Below, in pieces: positions 20,594-29,436 of a stretch of DNA of 40,113 nt. Origin of the DNA: Anaerolineae bacterium (lineage in GTDB: Bacteria; Chloroflexota; Anaerolineae; B4-G1). The stretch covers positions 1 to 40,113 of the forward strand of contig JAOAAG010000168.1 in NCBI GenBank assembly GCA_026418995.1, written 5' to 3'. The number at the start of each line of letters is the position of its first letter. Position 1 is the first letter of the stretch. The position numbers were made by a program, and so were the translations under genes. The notes beneath the pieces are model-generated. The model did not search any database, was not told the origin of the DNA, and worked only from the letters and a program-made list of their open reading frames with translations.

Positions 20594-21694
20594 ATGGTCG
20601 GCGCGCCGCGTAGCCCCGTCCTGCCCCTGTTAGCCCTCGCGCTGATCCTCACTGTACTATGTACAGGGCCCGCCTGCTATGTCCCAGGCCGGATAAAGCC
20701 GACCGTTAAGATCGGACTGGTGGCCCCCTTTGAGGGACGTTACCGCGCTGTGGGATACGATGTGATCTACGCGGTACGGCTGGCACTGCGCGAGGCGAAT
20801 GGGCGTGGAGGCGTAGCAGGGTACGGTGTGGAACTGATTGCCTACGACGACGGCGCCGACCCGGAAATGGCGGTCGAGCAGGCCCGCAAATTGGCGCTCG
20901 ATCCCGGGGTCCTGGCCGTCATTGGCCACTTTCGTGAGGAAACTACCGTCGCCGCGATACGCACGTACACCCAGGCCTCCCTGCCACTCGTCGCTCCGGT
21001 CTTGCTCGCTCCGTCTCCCAGCTCTCCCTTGCTCTTCCGCATGGGGCCCGATGCCCAGGCTATAGCCGGGGCTATGCTCTCATATGTTGAGGAAATCCGG
21101 CCGCCGGTGCAGCGGGCAGTCCTGGTCACCGAAGGAGGGCCTTTAGGGGTGGCGTTGCAGGAGTTGGCGCACACACGCGGGTTATCCCTGCACCTGATCA
21201 CCTGGCCGGCGGATGGGGACTGGACAGCGCAGGTGCTTGAGGTGGACGTGGCTGTCGTCCTGTTTGATACCACCCCAGTAGAAGCAGGGGAGATCGCGGC
21301 TGCGCTGCGTGCGGCTGGTTGGGAGGGCGCTTTTGTGGGGGGGCCGGAGCTGGCCGCCGCCGATTTTGCCGCCATAGCAGAGCGGGCAGCAGAGGGAGCG
21401 GTGTTTGTTACCCCCTGGCCGCTATCGGTGTCGGATACTGAGTTTGTCCAGGGGTACGGCCTGGTTTCCGGTGGTATGATGCCTGGGCCGCTGGCCGTGC
21501 CCGCTTACGAGGCTACGTGGGTGGTGCTGGAGGCGCTGGAACGGGAAATAACCGCGTCTGGCAAGCCTGGCCGCGCAGAGATGGCGGTGGCGCTAGCCGC
21601 AACCAGACGGACCGGGCTGCTGGGAGAGGTCACGTTTGGACCCACCAGACGCTGGGACGGCGCGCCGCTATACCGACACCGCAAAACAGGGTAG
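20594..21694 (+). CDS. Periplasmic binding protein, type 1 (LivK / branched-chain amino-acid binding-protein-like). Orphan, with no transporter genes adjacent.
   Basis: Signal/anchor MVGAPRSPVLPLLALALILTVLCTGPAC, then KIGLVAPFEGRYRAVGYDVIYAVRLALREAN...VELIAYDDGADPEMAVEQARKL..DPGVLAVIGHF, which is typical of the family. Confidence 0.8.
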   Translation: MVGAPRSPVLPLLALALILTVLCTGPACYVPGRIKPTVKIGLVAPFEGRYRAVGYDVIYAVRLALREANGRGGVAGYGVELIAYDDGADPEMAVEQARKLALDPGVLAVIGHFREETTVAAIRTYTQASLPLVAPVLLAPSPSSPLLFRMGPDAQAIAGAMLSYVEEIRPPVQRAVLVTEGGPLGVALQELAHTRGLSLHLITWPADGDWTAQVLEVDVAVVLFDTTPVEAGEIAAALRAAGWEGAFVGGPELAAADFAAIAERAAEGAVFVTPWPLSVSDTEFVQGYGLVSGGMMPGPLAVPAYEATWVVLEALEREITASGKPGRAEMAVALAATRRTGLLGEVTFGPTRRWDGAPLYRHRKTG

Positions 21695-21716
21695 CCAGCG
21701 ATGCCCGCGGCTACCC
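21689..21716 (+). terminator. Possible terminator hairpin GGGTAGCC-N12-GGCTACCC overlapping the stop codon.
   Basis: 8-bp perfect stem, followed only by a weak T tract (TGATTT). Confidence 0.3.
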
Positions 21717-21993
21717 TGATTTCCCCTGGGCTATCTGATCTCCTCCCCGGTTACCTTGAGCCTCACCACTTGCCGTGGTCGGAAACATAAATGACCCGGC
21801 TTGCTGATATCCCACAGCAAGCGCAGCCCTGGAATGTGTGCCAGGTGACGTTGCCCTGGCTTCGGCTGTGAAGGATGCGGAGGCGTGATCAATCCTGCTG
21901 GAGGTCTGCTAAATACCGTGCCACGGTGGAGATGCTGGTACGGGGGAACGAACCCCCGTTTCGGTGATATTTTACGTGAAGGAATACGAACCC

Positions 21994-22021
21994 TTGACAT
22001 TCTTCGCGAATGTGGTATCAT
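21994..22021 (+). promoter_or_regulatory. Strong sigma-70-like promoter (TTGACA, 16 nt spacer, TGgTATCAT extended -10).
   Basis: -35 at 21994..21999 and -10 at 22016..22021 with TGG at 22013..22015. It is about 120 nt upstream of the SAM riboswitch aptamer. Confidence 0.5.
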
Positions 22022-22144
22022 CCGCGCGCGACGACTTCTCCCGCAGGTTCACAAGCGGCTGCACGACGGACCGTATGATGTCCTTGCGACGTGTGCTCCG
22101 GTAACCCCGACCTGTGGGGGCAGTCTGGCACGTTGAAAATGCGG

Positions 22145-22263
22145 TTCTTATCAAGAGAGGTGGAGGGACCGGCCCTGTGAAACCTCGGCAACCGGGCGCA
22201 GGAACTTGCCCTGGCTACGGTGCCAATTCCGGCAGACCCTTTTGGGATCTGGAAGATGAGAAG
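22145..22263 (+). promoter_or_regulatory. SAM-I riboswitch (S-box leader) aptamer.
   Basis: TTCTTATCAAGAGAGGTGGAGGGACCGGCCCTGTGAAACCTCGGCAACC...GGTGCCAATTCCGGCAG...GGAAGATGAGAAG matches the conserved S-box core almost base for base: CTTATCAAGAGAGGTGGAGGGAC.GGCCC..TGAAACC.GGCAACC...GGTGCCAATTCC.GCAG...AAGATGAG. P1 is TTCTTATC / GATGAGAA. Confidence 0.92.
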
Positions 22264-22285
22264 CAGCATGATAGATTATGACCTG

Positions 22286-22330
22286 CCTCTTCAACCGGTA
22301 TATCCTGGGTGCCGGGCGAAGAGGTTTTTT
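22286..22330 (+). terminator. Intrinsic terminator of the S-box expression platform.
   Basis: CCTCTTCAACCGG-N13-CCGGGCGAAGAGG forms a 7+4 bp stem with a 2-nt internal mismatch and is followed directly by TTTTTT (22325..22330). Confidence 0.75.
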
Positions 22331-22399
22331 GTTCCTCTTCCCCCTCCTTCCCTCAGATAAGGCCCTGACAACACCGAAAATCTCCCAGGAGGAATGTTG

Positions 22400-23581
22400 A
22401 TGACTAATCACTTCTCGACCCAGGCTGTCCACGCTGGTGAGGACAAGCGCAAGCCCTATGGTGCTCTGACGAACCCGATCTTCCAAACCTCGACCTATAC
22501 CTTCGAGAACACCGATGAAATTCTGGACTTTATGCGCAAAAAGGCGGCCAAGTCGCCGCAACTGCGGGATGAGTACGGCCGCTACAGCAACCCGACGCAA
22601 AGCGTCGTCGAGCGCAAACTGGCCGTCCTCGATCGAGGCGAGCGGGCGCTTCTGTTCGCCAGCGGCATGTGCGCCATCACTACCACGCTGCTGGCTCTGC
22701 TTACCCCTGGCGACCATCTGGTGATGACCCGGGGGTGTTACCGTCGTACTCAGGAATTCGCCCTCTCCTTCCTTAGCCGCTGGGGCGTGGAGACAACCCT
22801 GGTCTCCATCGGGGAGCCGGATGGGCTGAGTGAGGCTATCCGTCCCAATACGCGCGTGATCTTCGCCGAGACGCCGACCAACCCCTACCTGCGCGTGCCT
22901 GACCTCCCCCATATGGTAGCGCTCGCCAAACAGCAGGGCATCATAACGGTCGTGGACAGCACCTTCGCTACGCCCATCAACCTGCGCCCTATTGAGTACG
23001 GGGTTGATCTGGTAATCCACAGCGCGACCAAATATCTGGCCGGCCATAACGACCTGCTGGCGGGCGTGGTGATCGGTAGCCGGGAGCTGCTGACCCGCAT
23101 CGAGGAGCTGCGCGGCCTCCTCGGCGGGGTCGCCGGCCCCCATGATGCGTATCTGCTTCTGCGCGGCCTTAAAACGCTGGAATTACGCGTCAACCGCCAG
23201 AACGAAAACGGCATGCGTGTCGCCAGCTTCCTGGAGCAACACCCGGCCGTGAGCCGCGTCTACTACCCCGGCCTGCCCAGCCATCCCGACCACGAGGTCG
23301 CGCGACGGCTGATGTCTGGATTCGGGGGGGTGGTCAGCTTTGAGATAAACGGCGACCTGGAAAAGACCGGGCGCTTCATAGACCGTCTGCGCCTGCCCTA
23401 CATCGGCCCCACCCTCGGAGGCGTGGAGAGCATCGTTCAGCAACAGGCCATTTTCATCTCCCTTGACCCCAGGGAGCGCCGGGAAGCGGGCATCGCAGAC
23501 AACCTGGTACGGTACGCACTCGGAATCGAGAACGCCGAGGATCTGATTGCCGACCTGGAGCAGGCACTGGCGGGGATATAG
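22400..23581 (+). CDS. Cys/Met-metabolism PLP-dependent enzyme (cystathionine gamma-synthase / beta-lyase / gamma-lyase family).
   Basis: Family motifs and the PLP-lysine context are present: VDLVIHSATKYLAGHNDLLAGVV, and NPTQSVVERKLAVLDRGERALLFASGM. AGGAGG at 22387..22392 favours ATG 22400 over ATG 22394. Confidence 0.9.
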   Translation: MTNHFSTQAVHAGEDKRKPYGALTNPIFQTSTYTFENTDEILDFMRKKAAKSPQLRDEYGRYSNPTQSVVERKLAVLDRGERALLFASGMCAITTTLLALLTPGDHLVMTRGCYRRTQEFALSFLSRWGVETTLVSIGEPDGLSEAIRPNTRVIFAETPTNPYLRVPDLPHMVALAKQQGIITVVDSTFATPINLRPIEYGVDLVIHSATKYLAGHNDLLAGVVIGSRELLTRIEELRGLLGGVAGPHDAYLLLRGLKTLELRVNRQNENGMRVASFLEQHPAVSRVYYPGLPSHPDHEVARRLMSGFGGVVSFEINGDLEKTGRFIDRLRLPYIGPTLGGVESIVQQQAIFISLDPRERREAGIADNLVRYALGIENAEDLIADLEQALAGI

Positions 23582-23585
23582 CGGG

Positions 23586-24986
23586 ATGATAGTACACAAA
23601 TTCGGGGGCACCTCCGTCGGAAACGCCCAGCGCTTCTCAAGCGTGGTGGACATTCTCCTCGACCAGCGTCGCCGGAGTGGCGGCGATGCCGGGCAGGTAG
23701 TGGTCGTTTCGGCGATGAGCGGCGTGACCGACGCGCTCATCGCCGGAGCACGCGCTGCCGCCGAGGGGCGGGACACCGTCTACCGGGAGATCAAAGCTCG
23801 CCTGCTCGAAAAGCACCTCACCGTTGTGGAGACGTTGCTGAACCACAGCAGAGAGCGGGTCGAGATAGGCGGCCTGGTTGAGGACAGGTTGCACGAGCTG
23901 GAGCGGCTCTATCGCAGCATCGCCATCCTGGGCGAGCTGACCATGCGGGGCTGTGATGCAGTGGCCTCGTTTGGCGAACAGCTCTCCGCCCTCATTCTGG
24001 CCGCCGCGCTCAGGGAGCGCGACTGCCGCGCCCAGGCCATCAGCGCGACCGAGCTCATCGTCACCGATGGGCGGTTCGGGGCGGCGACGCCCCTGATGGA
24101 GCCGACACGCCAGCGGCTGCGGGAACGGATTGCGCCGCTCGTCGAGCGGGGCGTGACGCCTGTCATCACCGGATATATCGCCGCCACTGAAAAGGGCGTC
24201 ACGACCACGCTGGGACGCGGCGGGAGTGACTACTCCGCCGCCATCATCGGCGCCGGCCTGGGCGCCGACGAGGTATGGATCTGGAGCGACGTGAACGGCA
24301 TCCTCACTGCCGATCCCAATATTGTGCCCGAGGCCCGCACGCTGCGGGAACTCTCTTACGCCGAAGCCGCCAACCTGGCCTACTACGGCGCGGACGTGCT
24401 CCACCCCAGGACGATACGCCCGCTCGCCGCAAGCTCTATCCCGTTGCGTATATTGAACAGCTTCAACCCCGCCGATCCCGGCACCTTGATCGTGGCACAC
24501 CCCAGTGCCGACCGCGAGCTGATGCCAGCGCTGCTCTCAAGCACCGGGCTGAGCCTGATCGCCATCGGCAGCCAGGACGACTCCTGGACGCTCCACATGT
24601 CGGCCCGTGCCCTGCACTGCCTCAGTGAGGCCGGTGTGGATGTGCTGATGTTCTCCCAGTCCTTCTCGGAGCACAATCTGAACCTGGTGGTGCGGGAACA
24701 GGACCGGCAGCATTGCCTGAATGTGCTGCGCTCCGAGCTGAACTCCACCGGCTCGTTGCACCACGTAGAGGTTAAGGAGAATGTCGCGACGGTCTCTGTC
24801 GTGGGCGTGCCAGGGTGGAATGAGGCTGGCATCGTCCCCCACGCGTTTGCTGCGCTGGGGAGGCTGGGAACGCGGGTGATTGCCGTGGCTCAGGCCGCCA
24901 CAGAGCACAGCGTCTCGTTCTGCATCCCTGAGGAGCAGGTAGTGGACACGGTGCGCTTTCTGCACCGCGAGCTGAGGCTGGGATAA
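23586..24986 (+). CDS. Aspartate kinase with C-terminal ACT domains.
   Basis: MIVHKFGGTSVG is the canonical start. VVVSAMSGVTDAL, TTLGRGGSDYSAA, IWSDVNGILTADP and EAANLAYYGADVLHPRT are present. It starts 4 nt after the preceding gene. Confidence 0.92.
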   Translation: MIVHKFGGTSVGNAQRFSSVVDILLDQRRRSGGDAGQVVVVSAMSGVTDALIAGARAAAEGRDTVYREIKARLLEKHLTVVETLLNHSRERVEIGGLVEDRLHELERLYRSIAILGELTMRGCDAVASFGEQLSALILAAALRERDCRAQAISATELIVTDGRFGAATPLMEPTRQRLRERIAPLVERGVTPVITGYIAATEKGVTTTLGRGGSDYSAAIIGAGLGADEVWIWSDVNGILTADPNIVPEARTLRELSYAEAANLAYYGADVLHPRTIRPLAASSIPLRILNSFNPADPGTLIVAHPSADRELMPALLSSTGLSLIAIGSQDDSWTLHMSARALHCLSEAGVDVLMFSQSFSEHNLNLVVREQDRQHCLNVLRSELNSTGSLHHVEVKENVATVSVVGVPGWNEAGIVPHAFAALGRLGTRVIAVAQAATEHSVSFCIPEEQVVDTVRFLHRELRLG

Positions 24987-25031
24987 CACCAGGCATACCC
25001 TCCGCTGGTTCAGCCCTGCAGGAGGGTGAGT

Positions 25032-26747
25032 TCACTCTACGAACAGGGGCACGAAGTCGAACTTTTCCACATCCACCAGCCCCCGGTCGGTTAATTTCAA
25101 CCGGGGGATCACCTCCAGCGCCAGGAAACTGAGCGTCATAAAGGGATCGTGCAGGGCGGAACCCAGCCCGCGCACGGTCTCGACGAGCGTGTCCATTTGA
25201 CCGCGCACCGTCTCCAGAGGCTGGTCGGACATCAGGCCCGCTATCGGGAGCGGTACGGAGGCCAGCACGTTTTCCCCTACCGTGGCTACCAGGCCGCCGC
25301 CCATTGCGCAGACGGCGCGCACGGCGGTCATCATCGAGTCGTCATCGCATCCGGCGACGATCAGATTGTGGGCGTCGTGGCCCACGCTGCCGCCGATGGC
25401 ACCACGCCTTAGCCCCAGACCACGCACAAAACCCAGCCCTACGTTGCCACTTCCCTTATGACGTTCCACCACCGCGAGCTTAAGCAAATCCCGCTCCGGC
25501 GCCGCTACAGCCATCCCTCCCATCTTTTTGACCGGCTCGATTCGTTGATGGGTGACGATTTGATCGGGTACGATTTCGATCACCCGTATCTGCTCTTTGA
25601 AGGCTGGTATATTGAAATTTAACCGGTTCGGGTGTACCCGCATCGTGTTGCGCACGCCGGTATCGTCTACAGGCGGTATCTCCCAGTCGCCGACCGGCTG
25701 GCCCTCCTGTGCCACCAACTGCCCAGCAGCAAACACCATCTCCGCGTGGAAATCCTTCAGGTTGGAGAACACGACCAGGTCGGCGCGCTTGCCGGGGGCG
25801 ATGGCCCCCCGGTCGCGCAGACGGAACCACTCCGCCGCGTTCAGTGTGGCCATTTGTATGGCGGTAATTGGCTCCAATCCCTCAGCAATGGCCAGACGGA
25901 GGAGATGGTCTATGTGGCCTTCGTCAATGAGGTCGGCAGGATGACGGTCGTCGCTGCAGAAGGCACAGCGGCGGCTATTATGCAGCGTGATGGCCTGGAC
26001 AAGGGTGCGCAAATTCTTCGCCGCGGTGGACTCGCGGATAAAGATGACCATCCCCAGGCGCAGTTTTTCCAGCATCTCCTCGACGGTGGTACATTCATGG
26101 TCGGAGCCCGGGCCGGCCCCGATATAGGCCTGTAGCCACTTGCCGGTGACGCCCGGGGCATGGCCGTCAATCACACGGCCCCGGAAAGCCAGGAGTTTGT
26201 CTATTGCTCCGGGCAACCCCAGCACCGCGCCAGGCACGTTCATAAACTCGGCCAGCCCGATGACCCGCTCCAGACCGGAGATGGCCAGCAAATCGTCGGC
26301 GCTTAGTTCCGCCCCAGCGGTGCCGAGAGGAGTGGCCGGAACGCAGGAAGGCAGGTTAACATAGACGCTCAGTGGCAATCCTGCGGAGGAATCCAGCATA
26401 TAGCGAATCCCGGCGGCGCCCAGCACATTGGCGATCTCATGCGGGTCGGAGACGACGGTGGTGGTGCCGCGTGGCACAACGGCGCGGGCAAATTGCGCAG
26501 GGGTGACCATAGACGATTCGATATGCACATGGGCGTCAATCAGGCCAGGACAGACGTAGCGGCCACCCAGGTCAATCTCTGTGGCTGCTCCATAGCCCGA
26601 CCCTACCCCGACGATGGTATCCCCGGCGATGGCAACATCGGCCATCATGATTTCGCCGGTAAAGACGTTGATCACCCGCCCGTTGCGCAGCAAGAGATCG
26701 GCTGGGGCATCGCCCCGAGCAATGGGTAGAAAGCGTGCCAGGTCCAT
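25032..26747 (-). CDS. ade: Adenine deaminase.
   Basis: 571 aa. Amidohydrolase metal site GLIDAHVHIESSMV, then GTTTVVSDPHEIANV and HECTT. The C-terminal adenine deaminase region is HDAHNLIVAG. Confidence 0.9.
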   Translation of the reverse strand: MDLARFLPIARGDAPADLLLRNGRVINVFTGEIMMADVAIAGDTIVGVGSGYGAATEIDLGGRYVCPGLIDAHVHIESSMVTPAQFARAVVPRGTTTVVSDPHEIANVLGAAGIRYMLDSSAGLPLSVYVNLPSCVPATPLGTAGAELSADDLLAISGLERVIGLAEFMNVPGAVLGLPGAIDKLLAFRGRVIDGHAPGVTGKWLQAYIGAGPGSDHECTTVEEMLEKLRLGMVIFIRESTAAKNLRTLVQAITLHNSRRCAFCSDDRHPADLIDEGHIDHLLRLAIAEGLEPITAIQMATLNAAEWFRLRDRGAIAPGKRADLVVFSNLKDFHAEMVFAAGQLVAQEGQPVGDWEIPPVDDTGVRNTMRVHPNRLNFNIPAFKEQIRVIEIVPDQIVTHQRIEPVKKMGGMAVAAPERDLLKLAVVERHKGSGNVGLGFVRGLGLRRGAIGGSVGHDAHNLIVAGCDDDSMMTAVRAVCAMGGGLVATVGENVLASVPLPIAGLMSDQPLETVRGQMDTLVETVRGLGSALHDPFMTLSFLALEVIPRLKLTDRGLVDVEKFDFVPLFVE

Positions 26748-26788
26748 GGTTCCTCCAGGTTTGTCGCTGATAGGCTGCTACCTGGACA

Positions 26789-28327
26789 TTATAACTCTGC
26801 CCGGTTGGTGGGGCAAGTGGCAAAGGAACGTGTCAGCCAGGTCAGCAGGCCCAGCAACACGCCAATGTGCAGATGGACGTTGTTAACATAGAGGTTGTCG
26901 AGAAAATTGTGTACGCTCAGGTGTGTCCACGCGCCGAGCAGGCCAATGGCCAGGCCACGAGGCCATCCCTGAGCGCGTCGCGTCATCTGCCAGGTGTACC
27001 AGAAGGTCACTCCCCACAGCAACAGGTAAGCGACCAATCCGATCAGGCCGCTCTCTGCGGCAAGGTTGAGGTAATAGTTGTGGGCGTGCCCCAGTGCAAT
27101 AGGCCAGTTGATGAGAGCAAAATCCCTATAGGCCGGCTCGTAGCAACCGAAACCCACGCCGGTCCAGAAGTGATGTCGCCACATCTCCAGTGCCGCCTGC
27201 CAGTGGGCCAGGCGCTCGATGACCGCGTAATTGGCATCGTTAATGCCCACCCCGCGCACGTCCTCGAAGCGGATATCCTCGACAAAGCTGGTGAAGCGTG
27301 CTACGACAGCGGCTGGCAGCAGTCCCGCCGTGTAGAGACCTGTTCCCACAAGTATGACAACAGCGACCAGCAGAAGCCCCCACCTGGCCCGGTGCGGCAG
27401 TGCCAGTGCCATCGTTACTGCTGCTGCCGTAAAGCCGAGCCATCCTCCCCGGCTCCAGGACATCACCAGCGCGATACCCATCGAGGCGACAGTGACCGCT
27501 ACGGAGGCGCTCAGGAGTCCCCTGGCCATAGTGATGCGCCTTCGCCGCCGTATCTGTTCCTCAAGTATCCCTGCGAGTACCCCAACCGCCAGCGCCAGTG
27601 TGATGCCGAGATAGCCCGCGTAGGGATTGGGTTGCTCAAAAGTGCCGTAGGCGCGGTAGAAGCGGCCGCCGAGGATGGCGAAATGGTGGGGCCCCTCGCC
27701 GCGTAACCAGAACTGATACACTCCTACCAGTGCCTGAAAGAGTCCGGTGAGGAGCAATACTCCCACCAGCCAGGCTGCGCGTCTGGGGCCTGCGCTGGTT
27801 GCCAGAACATCGCCCACGATGAGACACAGGATCAGCACCTGCACCCATTTGATAAACTCTGGCACTCCGTACACCGGCAGTTCGACCGCGTCCCACAGTG
27901 AGAGCCATGTAGCTCCCAGAAAGAGAGCGAAGGGAAGGAGCAAGAAAGACGACGGCAGGCGCAGATCACGACGGGCCAGGCCGCGTGCCAGCCAGACCGC
28001 TACGGTCAACGCGAAGAAAAGCTGGGCTATCTGGGCGGGCACCTGCGGCACCTCTGCCCGCAGGTAGGCCCACAGCGGCCCCAGGAAGAGCATTGCGCTT
28101 ACTCCCACCAGCGGCTCGATCAGCGTTGCCCCGCTCAGGATGGACAGCCCGGCAAAGAGCACGCTCCCCAGCAGCGAGAGCCTGGAGAGCAGCAGGCCGG
28201 CCAGCACACCCACCCCCAGCCCGAGGGAAGAGACCAGTGGGCCGTTCCACCTCAACAGATGCTCAAGGGGATGGCATCTCATTGCTGTTGAAATTTTCGA
28301 CCAGTTGACAGTCATCCTGCCCATCAA
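26789..28327 (-). CDS. O-antigen ligase / Wzy_C-family polytopic membrane protein.
   Basis: About 12 TM segments with the typical central loop SWSRGGWLGFTAAAV and downstream AHNYYLNLAAESGLIG. The exact start is uncertain. Confidence 0.75.
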   Translation of the reverse strand: MMGRMTVNWSKISTAMRCHPLEHLLRWNGPLVSSLGLGVGVLAGLLLSRLSLLGSVLFAGLSILSGATLIEPLVGVSAMLFLGPLWAYLRAEVPQVPAQIAQLFFALTVAVWLARGLARRDLRLPSSFLLLPFALFLGATWLSLWDAVELPVYGVPEFIKWVQVLILCLIVGDVLATSAGPRRAAWLVGVLLLTGLFQALVGVYQFWLRGEGPHHFAILGGRFYRAYGTFEQPNPYAGYLGITLALAVGVLAGILEEQIRRRRRITMARGLLSASVAVTVASMGIALVMSWSRGGWLGFTAAAVTMALALPHRARWGLLLVAVVILVGTGLYTAGLLPAAVVARFTSFVEDIRFEDVRGVGINDANYAVIERLAHWQAALEMWRHHFWTGVGFGCYEPAYRDFALINWPIALGHAHNYYLNLAAESGLIGLVAYLLLWGVTFWYTWQMTRRAQGWPRGLAIGLLGAWTHLSVHNFLDNLYVNNVHLHIGVLLGLLTWLTRSFATCPTNRAEL

Positions 28328-28360
28328 AACTAAGCCACACAGGTTGCAGTGAGACGTTAC

Positions 28361-29299
28361 TTACCACAGCTCACAGCGGTAGGCGCTGGACTGGTGGTAG
28401 AGGGCCTCCACCTCCTCCCGCGAGCCGAACGCCACCCCTTCGCTTGCCGCTGCGGCAGCACCGCAGGCTACTCCCCAACGGGCTATCTCCTCCGGCGTTA
28501 ACCCTCGCAGCATCGCCCAGGCCACTCCGGCCAGCAGCGCGTCCCCCGCGCCGACGGGATTGCGAGCCTCTACCTGGGGAGGTCTAGCCCGTACAGCCCA
28601 TCCCCGGGAGGCCAGCACTAATCCCCCCGCTCCGAGCGACAGAGCGACCACCTGCACCCCCTGCTCAAGGAAGAAACGTGCCGCCGCGAGCGCATCATCA
28701 TCGTCATCTATCTCCTGCCCCGTGACTTCCTGGGCCTCGACGGCATTGGGCTTGACCAGATAGGGTCCCGCCTGACACCCCAGGAGGAGGGGTTCGCCGC
28801 TGGTATCCAGGAAGGCCTGTGCTCCTGCCTGTTGCACGGTGACAACCAGGTCGGCATAGAAAGCTGGCGGTACTCCCAGAGGCAGGCTCCCGGAGAGCAC
28901 CCATAGCTCGCCCGGACGTACCCGTCGGCGCACAAGCGCAAGTAACGCGGCCTGCTCCTCCGCACTGACTACGGGGCCGGCCTCGTTGACCTTGAGATAG
29001 CGCCCCGTGTCCTGCTCGGCGATAACGACGTTAGTGCGTGTCTCGCCTGCGATGCGCACAAAGTCGGTGGCGATGCCCAGCTCGCGCAGCCCTCGCTCCA
29101 GGAGCTCTCCCGTCGCTCCGCCAATGAAGCCCACCGCTACGCTGTCCATACCCAGCGCTTTCAGCGCCCTGGAGACGTTGAATCCCTTGCCGCCCCAATC
29201 GAGCCGCGTGGTCGTTGCCCGTATCACCTCGTGCCACACGATCCGAGGTACGATGAGTGTGCGGTCCAGCACTGGATTGGGCGTCACAGTGACAATCAT
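28361..29299 (-). CDS. PfkB-family sugar-phosphate kinase (1-phosphofructokinase / tagatose-6-phosphate kinase-like).
   Basis: MIVTVTPNPVLDRT start, GGKGFNVSRAL, and the C-terminal PfkB signature NPVGAGDALLAG. The alternative GTG start at 29311 would collide with the divergent promoter. Confidence 0.88.
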   Translation of the reverse strand: MIVTVTPNPVLDRTLIVPRIVWHEVIRATTTRLDWGGKGFNVSRALKALGMDSVAVGFIGGATGELLERGLRELGIATDFVRIAGETRTNVVIAEQDTGRYLKVNEAGPVVSAEEQAALLALVRRRVRPGELWVLSGSLPLGVPPAFYADLVVTVQQAGAQAFLDTSGEPLLLGCQAGPYLVKPNAVEAQEVTGQEIDDDDDALAAARFFLEQGVQVVALSLGAGGLVLASRGWAVRARPPQVEARNPVGAGDALLAGVAWAMLRGLTPEEIARWGVACGAAAAASEGVAFGSREEVEALYHQSSAYRCELW

Positions 29300-29316
29300 C
29301 TCACTGACCACACCGC

Positions 29317-29345
29317 TTGTTAGATATACGAAATAGGTTTATAAT
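29317..29345 (+). promoter_or_regulatory. Putative sigma-70 promoter (TTGTTA, 17 nt spacer, TATAAT) for the zinc-ribbon / Cys-Ala-tail / radical SAM operon.
   Basis: -35 at 29317..29322 and a consensus -10 at 29340..29345, in an AT-rich 125-nt divergent gap. Confidence 0.45.
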
Positions 29346-29436
29346 CCTCCAGCACACGTATTTTAGCACAAACTGGTCATAGCACTACCTTCATCGGGTC
29401 CTCGCGCACATATGCAAATTTTGAAAGGCAGCTAAT

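Noticed and set aside
21941-21965. tRNA-like T-arm on the minus strand (GGGGG-TTCGTTC-CCCCC followed by GTACCAG).
   Set aside because: The T-loop deviates from TTCRANY at the conserved A58 position. No complementary 5-prime acceptor strand, D-arm or anticodon arm can be placed upstream. I treat it as a plain GC hairpin.
22151-23143. 330-aa minus-strand ORF opposite the S-box leader and the cystathionine-gamma-synthase-family gene.
   Set aside because: It runs through the riboswitch and is antisense to a gene with an intact PLP-lysine motif. It has no recognisable domain and its composition is biased. The same reasoning applies to the other long antisense ORFs in the track, for example 3892..4695, 19546..20265, 23637..24500, 26867..27706 and 38525..39118.
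24997-25027. Bidirectional terminator between the convergent aspartate kinase and adenine deaminase genes (ACCCTCC-N17-GGAGGGT).
   Set aside because: It is a 7-bp stem with a 17-nt loop and no T or A tracts on either side. That is not convincing as an intrinsic terminator.
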